A stretch of 64,000 nucleotides of DNA. It comes from Acidobacteriota bacterium. Its GTDB lineage: Bacteria; Acidobacteriota; UBA6911; RPQK01; JADFOI01. Below are positions 28,508 through 37,375 of the stretch, in pieces. The stretch lies in the NCBI GenBank assembly GCA_965218935.1, contig CBDCMH010000004.1:103965-167964 (forward strand), in the 5' to 3' direction. Below the pieces are notes generated by a model that saw only the letters and a program-made list of their open reading frames with translations, ran no database searches and had not been told where the DNA came from. Position 1 is the first letter of the stretch; each line of letters begins with the position of its first letter. The position numbers and the translations under genes are program-made.

Positions 28508-30109
28508 ATGGTGAAGATGGCAAAGAACTTTCTGTATCTTTTCGGGGTACCCCTGCTTTTTGGCTCCATGACGGCTCAGTCACACGATGAGGAAGTGGAG
28601 GATTACTTCAAAAAGTGGCTCGACGAAGATGTGATCTATACCATCACCGATGAGGAAAAGACGGTTTTCAACAAGCTTCAGACCGCCGAAGAGAAGGAAA
28701 GATTCATCGAGCAATTCTGGACTCGGCGTGATCCCACCCCAAGAACCAGTTACAACGAACTCAAGGAAGAACATTACCGGCGGGTCCAATATGCCAATGA
28801 GCGCTTTGCATCAGGTATTCCGGGTTGGAAAACAGATCGGGGAATGATCTATATCAAGTATGGTGAACCCGATCGCATTGAAGCTCATCCCAGCGGGGGC
28901 CATTATGAACGACCTTACTGGGAAGGCGGTGGGTCCACCAGCACCTATCCTTTCGAACAGTGGGAGTACCGGTACCTCGAAGGAGTCGGGCAGGATGTAG
29001 AGATTGAATTTGTAGACGACACCCTAACCGGGGAGTACCGACTTACAATCAACCCCTGGGACAAGGATGCGTTGTTGCGGATGCCCGGTGGCGGATTGAC
29101 GACTGCGGAAGCGGAGGGAAGGGCGAATCGCGTTGATCGAGTCCGGCCCTTGACCAATCCCATGCCCGGCCATAATCCGCTCCTGATTGGCTATGGCAGA
29201 ACCAAGGATCAACCCTTTGAGAAATTGGCTCTTCTGACCAACCTGCAGAGGCCGCCCAGCATCGACTTTGCAGATTTCCGACGTCCCGAGGTCATCACTA
29301 ACATTCGCTATGAGCTGCTGCCATTTGAGGTGGAAGTCAACCACTTCCCTGTAGATGAGAACAATTACCTGGTTCCCGTGACTCTAATGATCCCTGACAA
29401 ATACCTCGATTACGTGGCGGAGGGTGATGTCTATCGCTCCGTCATTGACGTCTATGGTCAAGTCAGCGCAGTCAACGGGCGGGTTCTCAACGTTTTTGAG
29501 GAAACCATCGGAAGTACAAAAGACACCCGGGGGTCAATAGAGAATGCCGACCAGAAATCGATCTATCAAAGATCCATGCAGCTGGCACCCGGCCGCTATA
29601 AGTTGGAAATCATCATTCACGACGCCAACAGTGAAAAGGTAGGAACCAAGAGTCTTGGCGTTATCCTGCCCAATGTATCCAAAGAAACCCTGACCATCAG
29701 CTCAGTGGTGCTGGCCGACCGTATCGACTTTGACGCTGCAGTGGAGCAGGCCAGTCCGTTTGGGCCAGCCAAGGTGTTTCCGAACGTCTCTGGAGTTTTT
29801 CAGCAAGATCAGGCTCTTCTCATCTTCTTTCAACTCTCGAATTTCGAGATTGATACTGCTTCCCAATCAGGCTATTTGCTGAGTATGGCGGGCATTGTCA
29901 GGGATTCCCAGACGGTGACCAGCCAACAGCTGAAGATCGACAATATGAATGCTGAAAACCGAGAGCGGCTTCATTTGGTTCACAGATTCGACTTGTCGGG
30001 CCTGAAGTCGGGTGAATACGAAGTGACCCTTGAGGTTCAGGATCAGATTTCCAATCAGCTTCTGCAACGCCGGATACCGTTCCGAATTGCAGCTTTAACT
30101 TCCAATTGA
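28508..30109 (+). CDS. GWxTD-domain-like secreted protein (start re-set to internal ATG with RBS)
   Basis: The track ORF begins at 28196, overlapping moxR. A good RBS (aaggagcag) and ATG at 28508 give MVKMAKNFLYLFGVPLLFGSMTAQS, a signal peptide. N-terminal region YFKKWLDEDVIYTITDEEKTVFNKLQTAEEKERFIEQFWTRRDPTP, then GWKTDRGMIYIKYGEPD, matches the GWxTD family common in Acidobacteria and Bacteroidetes. Confidence 0.6.
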   Translation: MVKMAKNFLYLFGVPLLFGSMTAQSHDEEVEDYFKKWLDEDVIYTITDEEKTVFNKLQTAEEKERFIEQFWTRRDPTPRTSYNELKEEHYRRVQYANERFASGIPGWKTDRGMIYIKYGEPDRIEAHPSGGHYERPYWEGGGSTSTYPFEQWEYRYLEGVGQDVEIEFVDDTLTGEYRLTINPWDKDALLRMPGGGLTTAEAEGRANRVDRVRPLTNPMPGHNPLLIGYGRTKDQPFEKLALLTNLQRPPSIDFADFRRPEVITNIRYELLPFEVEVNHFPVDENNYLVPVTLMIPDKYLDYVAEGDVYRSVIDVYGQVSAVNGRVLNVFEETIGSTKDTRGSIENADQKSIYQRSMQLAPGRYKLEIIIHDANSEKVGTKSLGVILPNVSKETLTISSVVLADRIDFDAAVEQASPFGPAKVFPNVSGVFQQDQALLIFFQLSNFEIDTASQSGYLLSMAGIVRDSQTVTSQQLKIDNMNAENRERLHLVHRFDLSGLKSGEYEVTLEVQDQISNQLLQRRIPFRIAALTSN

Positions 30110-30173
30110 ACCCTCTGTGCTCCCTTGAGCATTAGTGCCTCGCTTGCTTTATCGTTGCCAACAACGGAATCTA

Positions 30174-30214
30174 GCCCGGGTTATGCATAGATTCTGTACT
30201 GCAGTAACGAAAGC
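30174..30214. repeat. Family-2 intergenic motif copy
   Basis: cccggGTTATGCATAGATTCTGTACTGCAGTAACGAAAGCG. It sits inside a possible MITE-like unit flanked by inverted GAGCATTAGTG / CACTAATGCTC at 30126-30140 and 30283-30297. Confidence 0.6.
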
Positions 30215-30373
30215 GCCGCGGTGATTGATCCGCTTCGACAACGCCTGGAAGAGTTCGAAGATATGCACAGGACCCGTCACCAGCATGCTCACTAATGCTT
30301 AGTGTATACTCGCCCATTGATGCACCGAGGTAAACGACCCTTCACTTCTTCCGTTAGAATCGGAGTGCACTAG

Positions 30374-31582
30374 TTGACGGGCCTTCTAACCGGGATTCGC
30401 GTACTCGACCTGACCACCAATATGGCGGGGCCTTATGCCACCATGATCCTGGCCGATCTGGGTGCTGATGTCATTCAAGTCGAACACCCGGAAGAGGGTA
30501 ATCCGATGCGGGCTATGGGTCCCCACAAAGGTGAATGGGGAGCCTACCTCGTAGCCGTCAACCGAGGGAAGCGCTCGCTGGCCCTGGATGTTTCCCAGCC
30601 TGAGGGGCGCGACCTCATTCTCCGTCTGGTCAAGGGGTGTGATGTCCTGGTGGAAAACTTCGTGGGCTGGAAGGCGACCAAATTGGGTTTGGATGAGAAT
30701 GCTGTTCGGGCAGCACGGCCCGATATCCTGTACGTGTCCCTGTCCAGCTATGGTTCACGCGGTCCCGATCACGAGAAGTCCGGTCATGATGCGCTCTTAC
30801 AGGCACGCACCGGGATCCTCAGTGTAACGGGTGGGTCGGATCATCCATCCATACAGGTTGGAGTTCCGATTCTGGACATGGGCAGCGGAGTGTGGACGGC
30901 TCTGGGAATCATGGCAGGATTGCTCGAGCGTCAACGCTCGGGACAGGGGCAAAAAATCGAGGGTTCGCTGTTTCAGACCGGCGTGACCTGGATGACCTAC
31001 CCCTTGATCTGTCGTCAGTTTACGGGCCAGGATCCAGCGCCACAGGGGACGAGTCATCCCGAATTGGCTCCCTATGGCGATTTTCCAACCGCCGATGGTA
31101 GACTCTTGATCGGCGTATCCACGGATCGTCTCTTTGCTCGCTTGTGTATGGCCCTCGACCACATTGAGTGGACCAAGGATTCGCGCTTCGCCACCAACCG
31201 CGACCGACTTGAGAACCGTGAACAACTGCGTGAGGAAATGGCATCGGTCTTAAAAGAATCTCCCACAGAGGAATGGTTGAAAAGGTTCGATGAGTATGGG
31301 GTCCCTGTCAGTCCAGTGCAGGCGGTGGGCGAATTGCTCAACGATGCCCAGCTGGCAGCCATGGAGCAGCTTCAGGACATCGATCTACCCAACGTAGAAG
31401 AACCCACAGTGCGTTTGCCTCGCTTGCCGGTTGAGTTCTCCCTGGGCCCTAACGATATCGCTGGCCCTCCCCCGCAGCTGGGTCAGCACGGTCGCGAAAT
31501 ATTGACTGAAATCGGGCTTAGCGCCGGGGAAATGGACCGTTTGGCTCTTCGGGGAGTCATCCGAATCGCCCCAGATGGATAA
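30374..31582 (+). CDS. CoA-transferase family III (CaiB/BaiF) protein
   Basis: GIRVLDLTTNMAGPYATMILADLGADVIQVE... is the canonical CaiB/BaiF N-terminus. TTG start, 402 aa. Confidence 0.8.
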   Translation: MTGLLTGIRVLDLTTNMAGPYATMILADLGADVIQVEHPEEGNPMRAMGPHKGEWGAYLVAVNRGKRSLALDVSQPEGRDLILRLVKGCDVLVENFVGWKATKLGLDENAVRAARPDILYVSLSSYGSRGPDHEKSGHDALLQARTGILSVTGGSDHPSIQVGVPILDMGSGVWTALGIMAGLLERQRSGQGQKIEGSLFQTGVTWMTYPLICRQFTGQDPAPQGTSHPELAPYGDFPTADGRLLIGVSTDRLFARLCMALDHIEWTKDSRFATNRDRLENREQLREEMASVLKESPTEEWLKRFDEYGVPVSPVQAVGELLNDAQLAAMEQLQDIDLPNVEEPTVRLPRLPVEFSLGPNDIAGPPPQLGQHGREILTEIGLSAGEMDRLALRGVIRIAPDG

Positions 31583-32942
31583 AGATCAACCCTTCGAATC
31601 AGAGGTCAAAAGAATGATGAACTATTTTACGAATTTGGGTTTTCAAAGGAAGTTCACCTGCTTTTTACCGGTTCTGATCTCTGCGATCCTTCCGCTGAGT
31701 GGGCAGCAGAATCTGACGCTTCAAGAGGCTTCGGCTCAAGCCCGGAACAATCAGCTTTACCAGGCCCGGCTGGAGCAGGTGGAAGTGCGGAGAGGTCGGT
31801 TGGAACAGGCGGGGAAAAAACTCAATCCTCGGTTGGAGTCGAACTTTGAAACTGGAGCCATTTCGGGAGACAACGACGACTACAAGATTTCACTGGTTTT
31901 CTCACAGACCTGGGAGCGGGGAGGTCCAAGAGCATTACGCCAGCAGATGGCTCAACACGAATTGGACCATGCCGTTTTGGAAGCGGAACATCATTTGAGG
32001 ACTTTGACGTCCGAGATTCGTCTTGCCTATCTGGACTTGCTGCGACTTCAAAAACGGGTTTCTCTCCTGGAGGGTTACAGCGAGGGAGTGAATCAGCTTC
32101 TCCAATTTGATCGGGTACGGGTGCAGGAAGGCGAAATTCCTTCTGTCAATGCCGAATACCTGCTCACCGAGTGGACCCGACTGGCCGCTCAAAAAGGGCA
32201 GCTCGAGACCCAACGTCAACTGGCTCAGTATCGACTGAACATTCTCATGGGAGCACCGGTTGAGGCTGAACATGTGGTGGTCGAGGAGGAGACACAGGAG
32301 GCGCCACTGCCTGCCCTGGATCAGATCCTGAGCTTTGCGCTGAAGGCCCGGATCGACTTGAAAAACATCCGCAGTTCCATCGAACACGCCGATCTTCAAC
32401 TCAGTATGGAGAACGCAGTAGGCAAGAGGGATTGGGAATGGGGCCTGGGATACCAGTACGGCAGGGACACCCTGCAAAGTGATGACTTCCTTCCACCGAG
32501 CATCATCGAATCCGTAGATTCCACCTCCCATCGCCTCAAACTGAACCTCACTATTCCCCTTCCCACCGGGGACAACAATTCTGGAAATCTGGCCGCAGCC
32601 ATAGCGGCCAAGAGAGTCGCAGAGAGAGAACTGGCTCATGCAGAATCCGTCATCCGCAGCGAAGCCTTGTCCGTCTACCAGGAGTACCAGTTCAGTCAAC
32701 AAAGAGGCGAACTGTATCGACAAACCCTGGTGCCCAAGCTGCAGGAGAGCGCGCAAAACATGAAAGCAGCTTATCAGTTGACCGGAAGAGACGTCACAAT
32801 ATGGCTGGGCATCCAAAGAGAGCTTATGGAGGCGGCTTCACAAGGTTTGGAAGCCGATTTCCAATTGAGAGCATCCGTGGTAAAATTGGAGCAAGCTGTG
32901 GGCGGCTCGCTTGAAGAAGTGATGCAATCATCCTCTCCATAG
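31575..32942 (+). CDS. TolC-family outer membrane efflux protein (CzcC/CusC-like)
   Basis: Signal peptide, then an LTLQEASAQARNNQLYQARLEQ... coiled-coil repeat pattern of outer-membrane efflux proteins. 455 aa. The true start may be an internal Met (~31614). Confidence 0.7.
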   Translation: MDKDQPFESEVKRMMNYFTNLGFQRKFTCFLPVLISAILPLSGQQNLTLQEASAQARNNQLYQARLEQVEVRRGRLEQAGKKLNPRLESNFETGAISGDNDDYKISLVFSQTWERGGPRALRQQMAQHELDHAVLEAEHHLRTLTSEIRLAYLDLLRLQKRVSLLEGYSEGVNQLLQFDRVRVQEGEIPSVNAEYLLTEWTRLAAQKGQLETQRQLAQYRLNILMGAPVEAEHVVVEEETQEAPLPALDQILSFALKARIDLKNIRSSIEHADLQLSMENAVGKRDWEWGLGYQYGRDTLQSDDFLPPSIIESVDSTSHRLKLNLTIPLPTGDNNSGNLAAAIAAKRVAERELAHAESVIRSEALSVYQEYQFSQQRGELYRQTLVPKLQESAQNMKAAYQLTGRDVTIWLGIQRELMEAASQGLEADFQLRASVVKLEQAVGGSLEEVMQSSSP

Positions 32943-32974
32943 GAGGATTTTCCTTCACCCTGTCTGCCTACCAG

Positions 32975-33014
32975 CCGGGACTATGCATAAATTGTCTACT
33001 GCAGTGCGGCAATC
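32975..33014. repeat. Family-2 intergenic motif copy
   Basis: ccggGACTATGCATAAATTGTCTACTGCAGTGCGGCAATC, about 30 nt after the TolC-like stop. Confidence 0.7.
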
Positions 33015-33123
33015 ATCCACGCTGACTGCGCGACCCGCAAGCGGGTACCCCCTTCCTTGGGCTCCTCGGCGTTGGTCGTTTTTCCCTTTGAGGAACCTCT
33101 AAATTGAAGGAACGTCTAAGAAG

Positions 33124-34692
33124 ATGGTGAGAGAAAGACTACTTATACCCTTTTTTCTTCTCAGTTTTATGGCAACCTGGACTCCGGTCTGGGCCCATGA
33201 GGGAGTGATCCACGCAGACGGAGTCGAAGTGCATTACCGATTGGAAACCCTCCTAGTAGGCCCGGACCAGCGCTTCCGGGTGACCCTGGCCCATCTGCCC
33301 GATGCCCCTCTGACCGGCCAGAATGTGCAGTTCTTGGTTCGTCTGGAAGAGATCCTGACCGAAGCTGATCCTCTACTGGGTGGGAAGACCCCCCTGATGC
33401 CGGAGTTCTTCCAGGTCAAGTTAGAAGGGGAGGGGGGATCGAGCCTCCCTCTGGAAGTCCAACAGGAGGACGGAGAAGCGGGTGTTTTCCGCTTCGATCA
33501 TGTTTTTGCTCGGTCGGGAGAATGGAAACTCTTCTTTGAGTTTGAAGACGCGAATAAACTCAAGGGAAGCGGAGAGTTGATCATTCCGCTGGGGGCAGCA
33601 CCGGTCAATTGGCCCCTGCTGCTGTTTCAGGGCATGATTATTTTGACCTCCCTGGGCCTGGTGATCCAGCGCTTTAAATCTCCTGCCGGGAGATCTTCGG
33701 TGCTCTTCGCCGTCATTGTCCTATCCATCGGGGCGACCGCCCTGCTCCTGGCAAACATTTCTTGGCCTTCCACCGATCTGGGGACCTTGGAAGTCGAAGC
33801 ACTCTTGGCTCCTCCCGAGGAATCTCCCGGGGTGGAAGATTGGGTCCGGACACCTGAGAAGCACCTTGAAGAGCCCAAGTTCGTCTCTGAGGCTCGAATG
33901 TTCGTGGGGACGGTTCGGCACGCCACCAATCGAATTATCCAGGTACGCAGTCCTTTGCCGGGAACGGCCGTTTTCAAAAATGGAGTTCCCCAGATCGGAG
34001 ACCGGGTAAAATCGGGTCAGGTCCTGGGGAGCATCCAAAACCAGTTTATCGTGCACGACTATTCTCATCTCCTGAATCAGCGCTGGGAGATCATGAAGGT
34101 GATTATGGAGGCCAGCGAAAAACAGGTGCAGGCCGAAGCGGCCTACCAGAGAGCGGCAAGCCTTTTGGATCTGGGCGTCATTTCGCGTCGCGAATTTGAG
34201 CTGAAGGAAGTGGAGTTCAACCAAGCCGACACGACGCTCAAGAAGACCCAGGAACGTCTCAGGTTACACGATACCCAGCTCCGAAGGAGGGATCTGCACG
34301 AAACCCAACTTCTTTCCCCCATCAGCGGATACATCAGCCGCGCCACTTATTCAGCAGGACAGGTGATCTACGAAGACGATCCGATTTTTGAGATCGTCGA
34401 CCCTTCGGTAGTGTGGGTGGAGGTCTTTGCACTCCCGCAAGACATTGCACAAATGGGAGTTGAGTCAGAGGTCACTTTGCATTCCACTGTTTTAAAGCAA
34501 ACCTTCCGGGGGCAACTGGTAGAAGTCAGACCCGATGTGGAGGCCGAATCCAAGGCCCTCCGTGTGCTCTACGAGGTCAAGAATCCCGATCTTTGGCTCA
34601 AACCGGGAATGCTGTTGGATGTCTATCCAGCCGCTGAGGATAAAGAAACGCAACAGGCATCCCAACGAAGCAACGTAGAGGCGGGCAACTGA
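33124..34692 (+). CDS. Efflux RND periplasmic adaptor (membrane fusion protein) with extra N-terminal His-rich periplasmic domain and two TM segments
   Basis: C-terminal half has MFP barrel/hairpin motifs (IQVRSPLPGTAVFKNGVPQIGDRVKSGQVLGSI...SPISGYISRATYSAGQVIYEDDPIFEIVDPSVVWVEVFALPQD). The N-terminal ~150 aa (WAHEGVIHADGVEVHY...) is a separate beta-rich domain, followed by TM helices (WPLLLFQGMIILTSLGLVI; VLFAVIVLSIGATALLL). Confidence 0.65.
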   Translation: MVRERLLIPFFLLSFMATWTPVWAHEGVIHADGVEVHYRLETLLVGPDQRFRVTLAHLPDAPLTGQNVQFLVRLEEILTEADPLLGGKTPLMPEFFQVKLEGEGGSSLPLEVQQEDGEAGVFRFDHVFARSGEWKLFFEFEDANKLKGSGELIIPLGAAPVNWPLLLFQGMIILTSLGLVIQRFKSPAGRSSVLFAVIVLSIGATALLLANISWPSTDLGTLEVEALLAPPEESPGVEDWVRTPEKHLEEPKFVSEARMFVGTVRHATNRIIQVRSPLPGTAVFKNGVPQIGDRVKSGQVLGSIQNQFIVHDYSHLLNQRWEIMKVIMEASEKQVQAEAAYQRAASLLDLGVISRREFELKEVEFNQADTTLKKTQERLRLHDTQLRRRDLHETQLLSPISGYISRATYSAGQVIYEDDPIFEIVDPSVVWVEVFALPQDIAQMGVESEVTLHSTVLKQTFRGQLVEVRPDVEAESKALRVLYEVKNPDLWLKPGMLLDVYPAAEDKETQQASQRSNVEAGN

Positions 34693-35600
34693 TGAGGGAG
34701 TCTGATCCTGTTTTGAGTTACTTGTTAGTTGGGCTCTTGGCGATGGGATTGATTATGCCTCTTAGCACAGGCCAGGGGTGGGCTCAAGACCAGGAAGAGA
34801 TGAGGTCTGGAGAAATCAACTTCACCCCCCGCGGACAGACGCTAAGATTTCAGGGAGAGATTATTCCCCGACCTGATCTGACGGTTGAAGTGGTGGCCTC
34901 CATGTGGGGGAAAATTTATCTGGAAGAGGGAGTCTATGAGGGGGCCAAGGTCGAAAAAGATCAACCTCTGGCGCGCACGGTTTTAGAGCTTCCTGCTGTG
35001 GAGCGGCTCCCCCTGGATGACCGTACCATAGAAATCGAGCAGTATCTGGAAGTTGCCAAAGAAAAGGCCCGCCTGGCCCTGGAGGACTACCAAAGAGCTG
35101 TGGAAATCAGCAAGGAGGATCCTGGATTTGAGGCAGAAAGGGATCGGCGCAAAAAAATCCACCAGAACTCTCTCAAGGAGCTTCAGATCGTCGATCAGCA
35201 GAACACCCGCCAAACGGGCGTCATTGAAAGGCGCGATCCCAGGACCGTCATAGTCAACGCTCCCCTGTCCGGTTACATTGACGAAATCTATTTCGTGCCG
35301 GGTGACATCAACCCCGAGGGCACATTTCGAAAACTCCTGACCATCGTCGATCTTTCCACCGTCTGGGTTCAGGCTGAAATCTATGAAAAAGACCTGCCCG
35401 TTTTCCAGGATGCTCCAGAAGCTCTGATCTCCACGTCGGCTTATCCCGGGGAAACTTTTCGTGCCCGCTTTCAAGCCCTGGGAAGCGAGATCGACCCCCA
35501 GACCCGAACTCTTCCCGTCTACTTCGAGATCCCCAATCCGGAGGGGAAGTTAAAGGTGGGACTGCGCGTCAGCATCCAGCCGATCACCGACAAAAGCTAA
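34692..35600 (+). CDS. Second membrane-fusion-protein-like periplasmic adaptor
   Basis: 302 aa. Signal/anchor, then TVIVNAPLSGYIDEIYFVPGDINPEGTFRKLLTIVDLSTVWVQAEIYEKDLPVF matches the MFP beta-barrel motif. ATGA start/stop overlap with the preceding MFP. Confidence 0.6.
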   Translation: MRESDPVLSYLLVGLLAMGLIMPLSTGQGWAQDQEEMRSGEINFTPRGQTLRFQGEIIPRPDLTVEVVASMWGKIYLEEGVYEGAKVEKDQPLARTVLELPAVERLPLDDRTIEIEQYLEVAKEKARLALEDYQRAVEISKEDPGFEAERDRRKKIHQNSLKELQIVDQQNTRQTGVIERRDPRTVIVNAPLSGYIDEIYFVPGDINPEGTFRKLLTIVDLSTVWVQAEIYEKDLPVFQDAPEALISTSAYPGETFRARFQALGSEIDPQTRTLPVYFEIPNPEGKLKVGLRVSIQPITDKS

Positions 35601-35760
35601 CCCAGGCGGCGGAGATGGCCGCGTCTACTGCGTTGTGCTCGCTCGGCCGTCCTCAACGTACTTCAATGTACGTTTGCGGGGGCCTCTCTTCGCACGCCTT
35701 GTATCCACAGCCATCTCCGCCGCCTGGCAACGATCCGGTCGGAGAAACGTCGGCCCGTCC

Positions 35761-37149
35761 TCATCCACCCTCGGTCATCGACCGGGGGTCCAGAACCTGC
35801 TCCAGTTCCTTCTCGGGCAGGACTTTCTGCTCCGCTGCCACTTCACGTATGGTGCTACCCGTCTCATAAGCCTCCTTGGCAATCTCAGCGGCTTTGTCGT
35901 ATCCGATCTTGGGCGCCAGAGAAGTCACCATGGCCAGAGAGCGCTCAACCATTTCCTCACAACGTTCACGGTTGGCCTTCAGGCCGTCCACACACCGCTC
36001 TCTCAAAACGTCGCATCCATTGCTCATGAGGTGAATCGACTGCAGGAGGTTGTAAACGATAACCGGTTTCATGACGTTCAGTTCGAAACTCCCCGACTGG
36101 CCTCCCAGAGAAATGGTCACATCATTACCGATCACCTGAGCCGCAATCATGGTTACGGCCTCAGGAATGACCGGGTTCACCTTCGCGGGCATGATAGAAC
36201 TTCCCGGCTGAGTGGCAGGAAGAAACAGCTCGCCAATGCCACAGCGCGGCCCGGAGCCCAGCCAGCGAAGGTCGTTGGCGATTTTCAACAAACTGACGGC
36301 AACGGTTTTGAGCATACCGCTGGCTTCTACAGCTGCATCCTTACTGGCCAGTGCCTCAAATTTGTTTTTGGCCTCCTGAAAGGAAACCCCCGTCCACTCT
36401 GAAAGTTTTTCTACCACCCGAGAGGCGAACTCTGGAGGACAGTTGAGGCCAGTTCCCACAGCTGTCCCCCCAATGGCCAGCTCCGAGAGGGCAAACCGCG
36501 CCGACTCCATCCTCCTGATAGCGTGCTCCATCATGGCAGCGTAAGCGGAAAACTCCTGCCCCAGGCGGATGGGAACGGCGTCCTGCAGGTGGGTTCTCCC
36601 AATTTTCACGATCTCGTCAAATTCCTTGGCCTTGGCGTCCAGCGAAGCATGAAGCTGCTTGAGGGCTGGAATCAGTTTCTGATCAATCTCCTCCAGAGCA
36701 GCCACGTGAATGGCGGTGGGAATCACGTCATTGCTGGACTGGCCCATGTTGACGTGGTCGTTAGGATGCACTTCACGGGTGCCAATGGCTCCGCCCCGAA
36801 TCTCGATAGCCCGGTTGGCGATGACTTCATTGGTGTTCATATTGGTGGAAGTGCCCGAGCCGGTCTGGAAGATGTCCACCACAAACTGCTCATCCAGTTT
36901 GGCTTCGATAACCTCATCGGCCGCCTGGAGGATGGAGGCGGCAAGCCCTTCTTCCAGCAGGCCCAATTCCAGATTGGTCTGGGCGGCTGCCTTTTTGATC
37001 AGCCCCATAGCACGAATAAAGGGTCGGGAGAAACGTAAACCACTTATAGGGAAGTTCAGCACGGCGCGCTGGGTTTGCGCACCATAATAGCTGTTGGCAG
37101 GAACCTGCATCTCTCCCATGGAATCTTTCTCAATTCTTTGCTCACTCAT
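35761..37149 (-). CDS. aspA: Aspartate ammonia-lyase / class II fumarase family enzyme (AspA-like)
   Basis: MSEQRIEKDSMGEMQVPANSYYGAQTQRAVLNFPISG...; signature GSSIMPAKVNPVIPEAV. The SS-loop with A-K-VNP-V-IPE favours aspartase over FumC (which has GKVNPTQCEA). 462 aa. Confidence 0.7.
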   Translation of the reverse strand: MSEQRIEKDSMGEMQVPANSYYGAQTQRAVLNFPISGLRFSRPFIRAMGLIKKAAAQTNLELGLLEEGLAASILQAADEVIEAKLDEQFVVDIFQTGSGTSTNMNTNEVIANRAIEIRGGAIGTREVHPNDHVNMGQSSNDVIPTAIHVAALEEIDQKLIPALKQLHASLDAKAKEFDEIVKIGRTHLQDAVPIRLGQEFSAYAAMMEHAIRRMESARFALSELAIGGTAVGTGLNCPPEFASRVVEKLSEWTGVSFQEAKNKFEALASKDAAVEASGMLKTVAVSLLKIANDLRWLGSGPRCGIGELFLPATQPGSSIMPAKVNPVIPEAVTMIAAQVIGNDVTISLGGQSGSFELNVMKPVIVYNLLQSIHLMSNGCDVLRERCVDGLKANRERCEEMVERSLAMVTSLAPKIGYDKAAEIAKEAYETGSTIREVAAEQKVLPEKELEQVLDPRSMTEGG

Positions 37150-37375
37150 GTATGTCCTCCACTGGTTTCGGAAATTTCACAGAAGAAGAATAAGACAAAA
37201 CCAGTGGATTGGAAAGAATGTTCCATCTTGGTAGTCTTCAACTTTCGGCTTGCTTCAAGGCTCCGAGCGAGTATCATCACCAGCAAATAAACGTATAGCA
37301 CAAGAATGTTCCTAGGTTCAGGCGTGTGGCCTCTTTTAAAGGGAGGGGGGATGCTCTTGCAATCAGGAGCTTGCA

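Noticed and set aside
31935-32816. 293-aa minus-strand ORF
   Set aside because: Antisense to the TolC-like gene, which has coherent coiled-coil periodicity on the plus strand.
35635-36402. 255-aa plus-strand ORF
   Set aside because: Antisense to the aspartase/fumarase gene, which carries the GSSIMPAKVNP signature.
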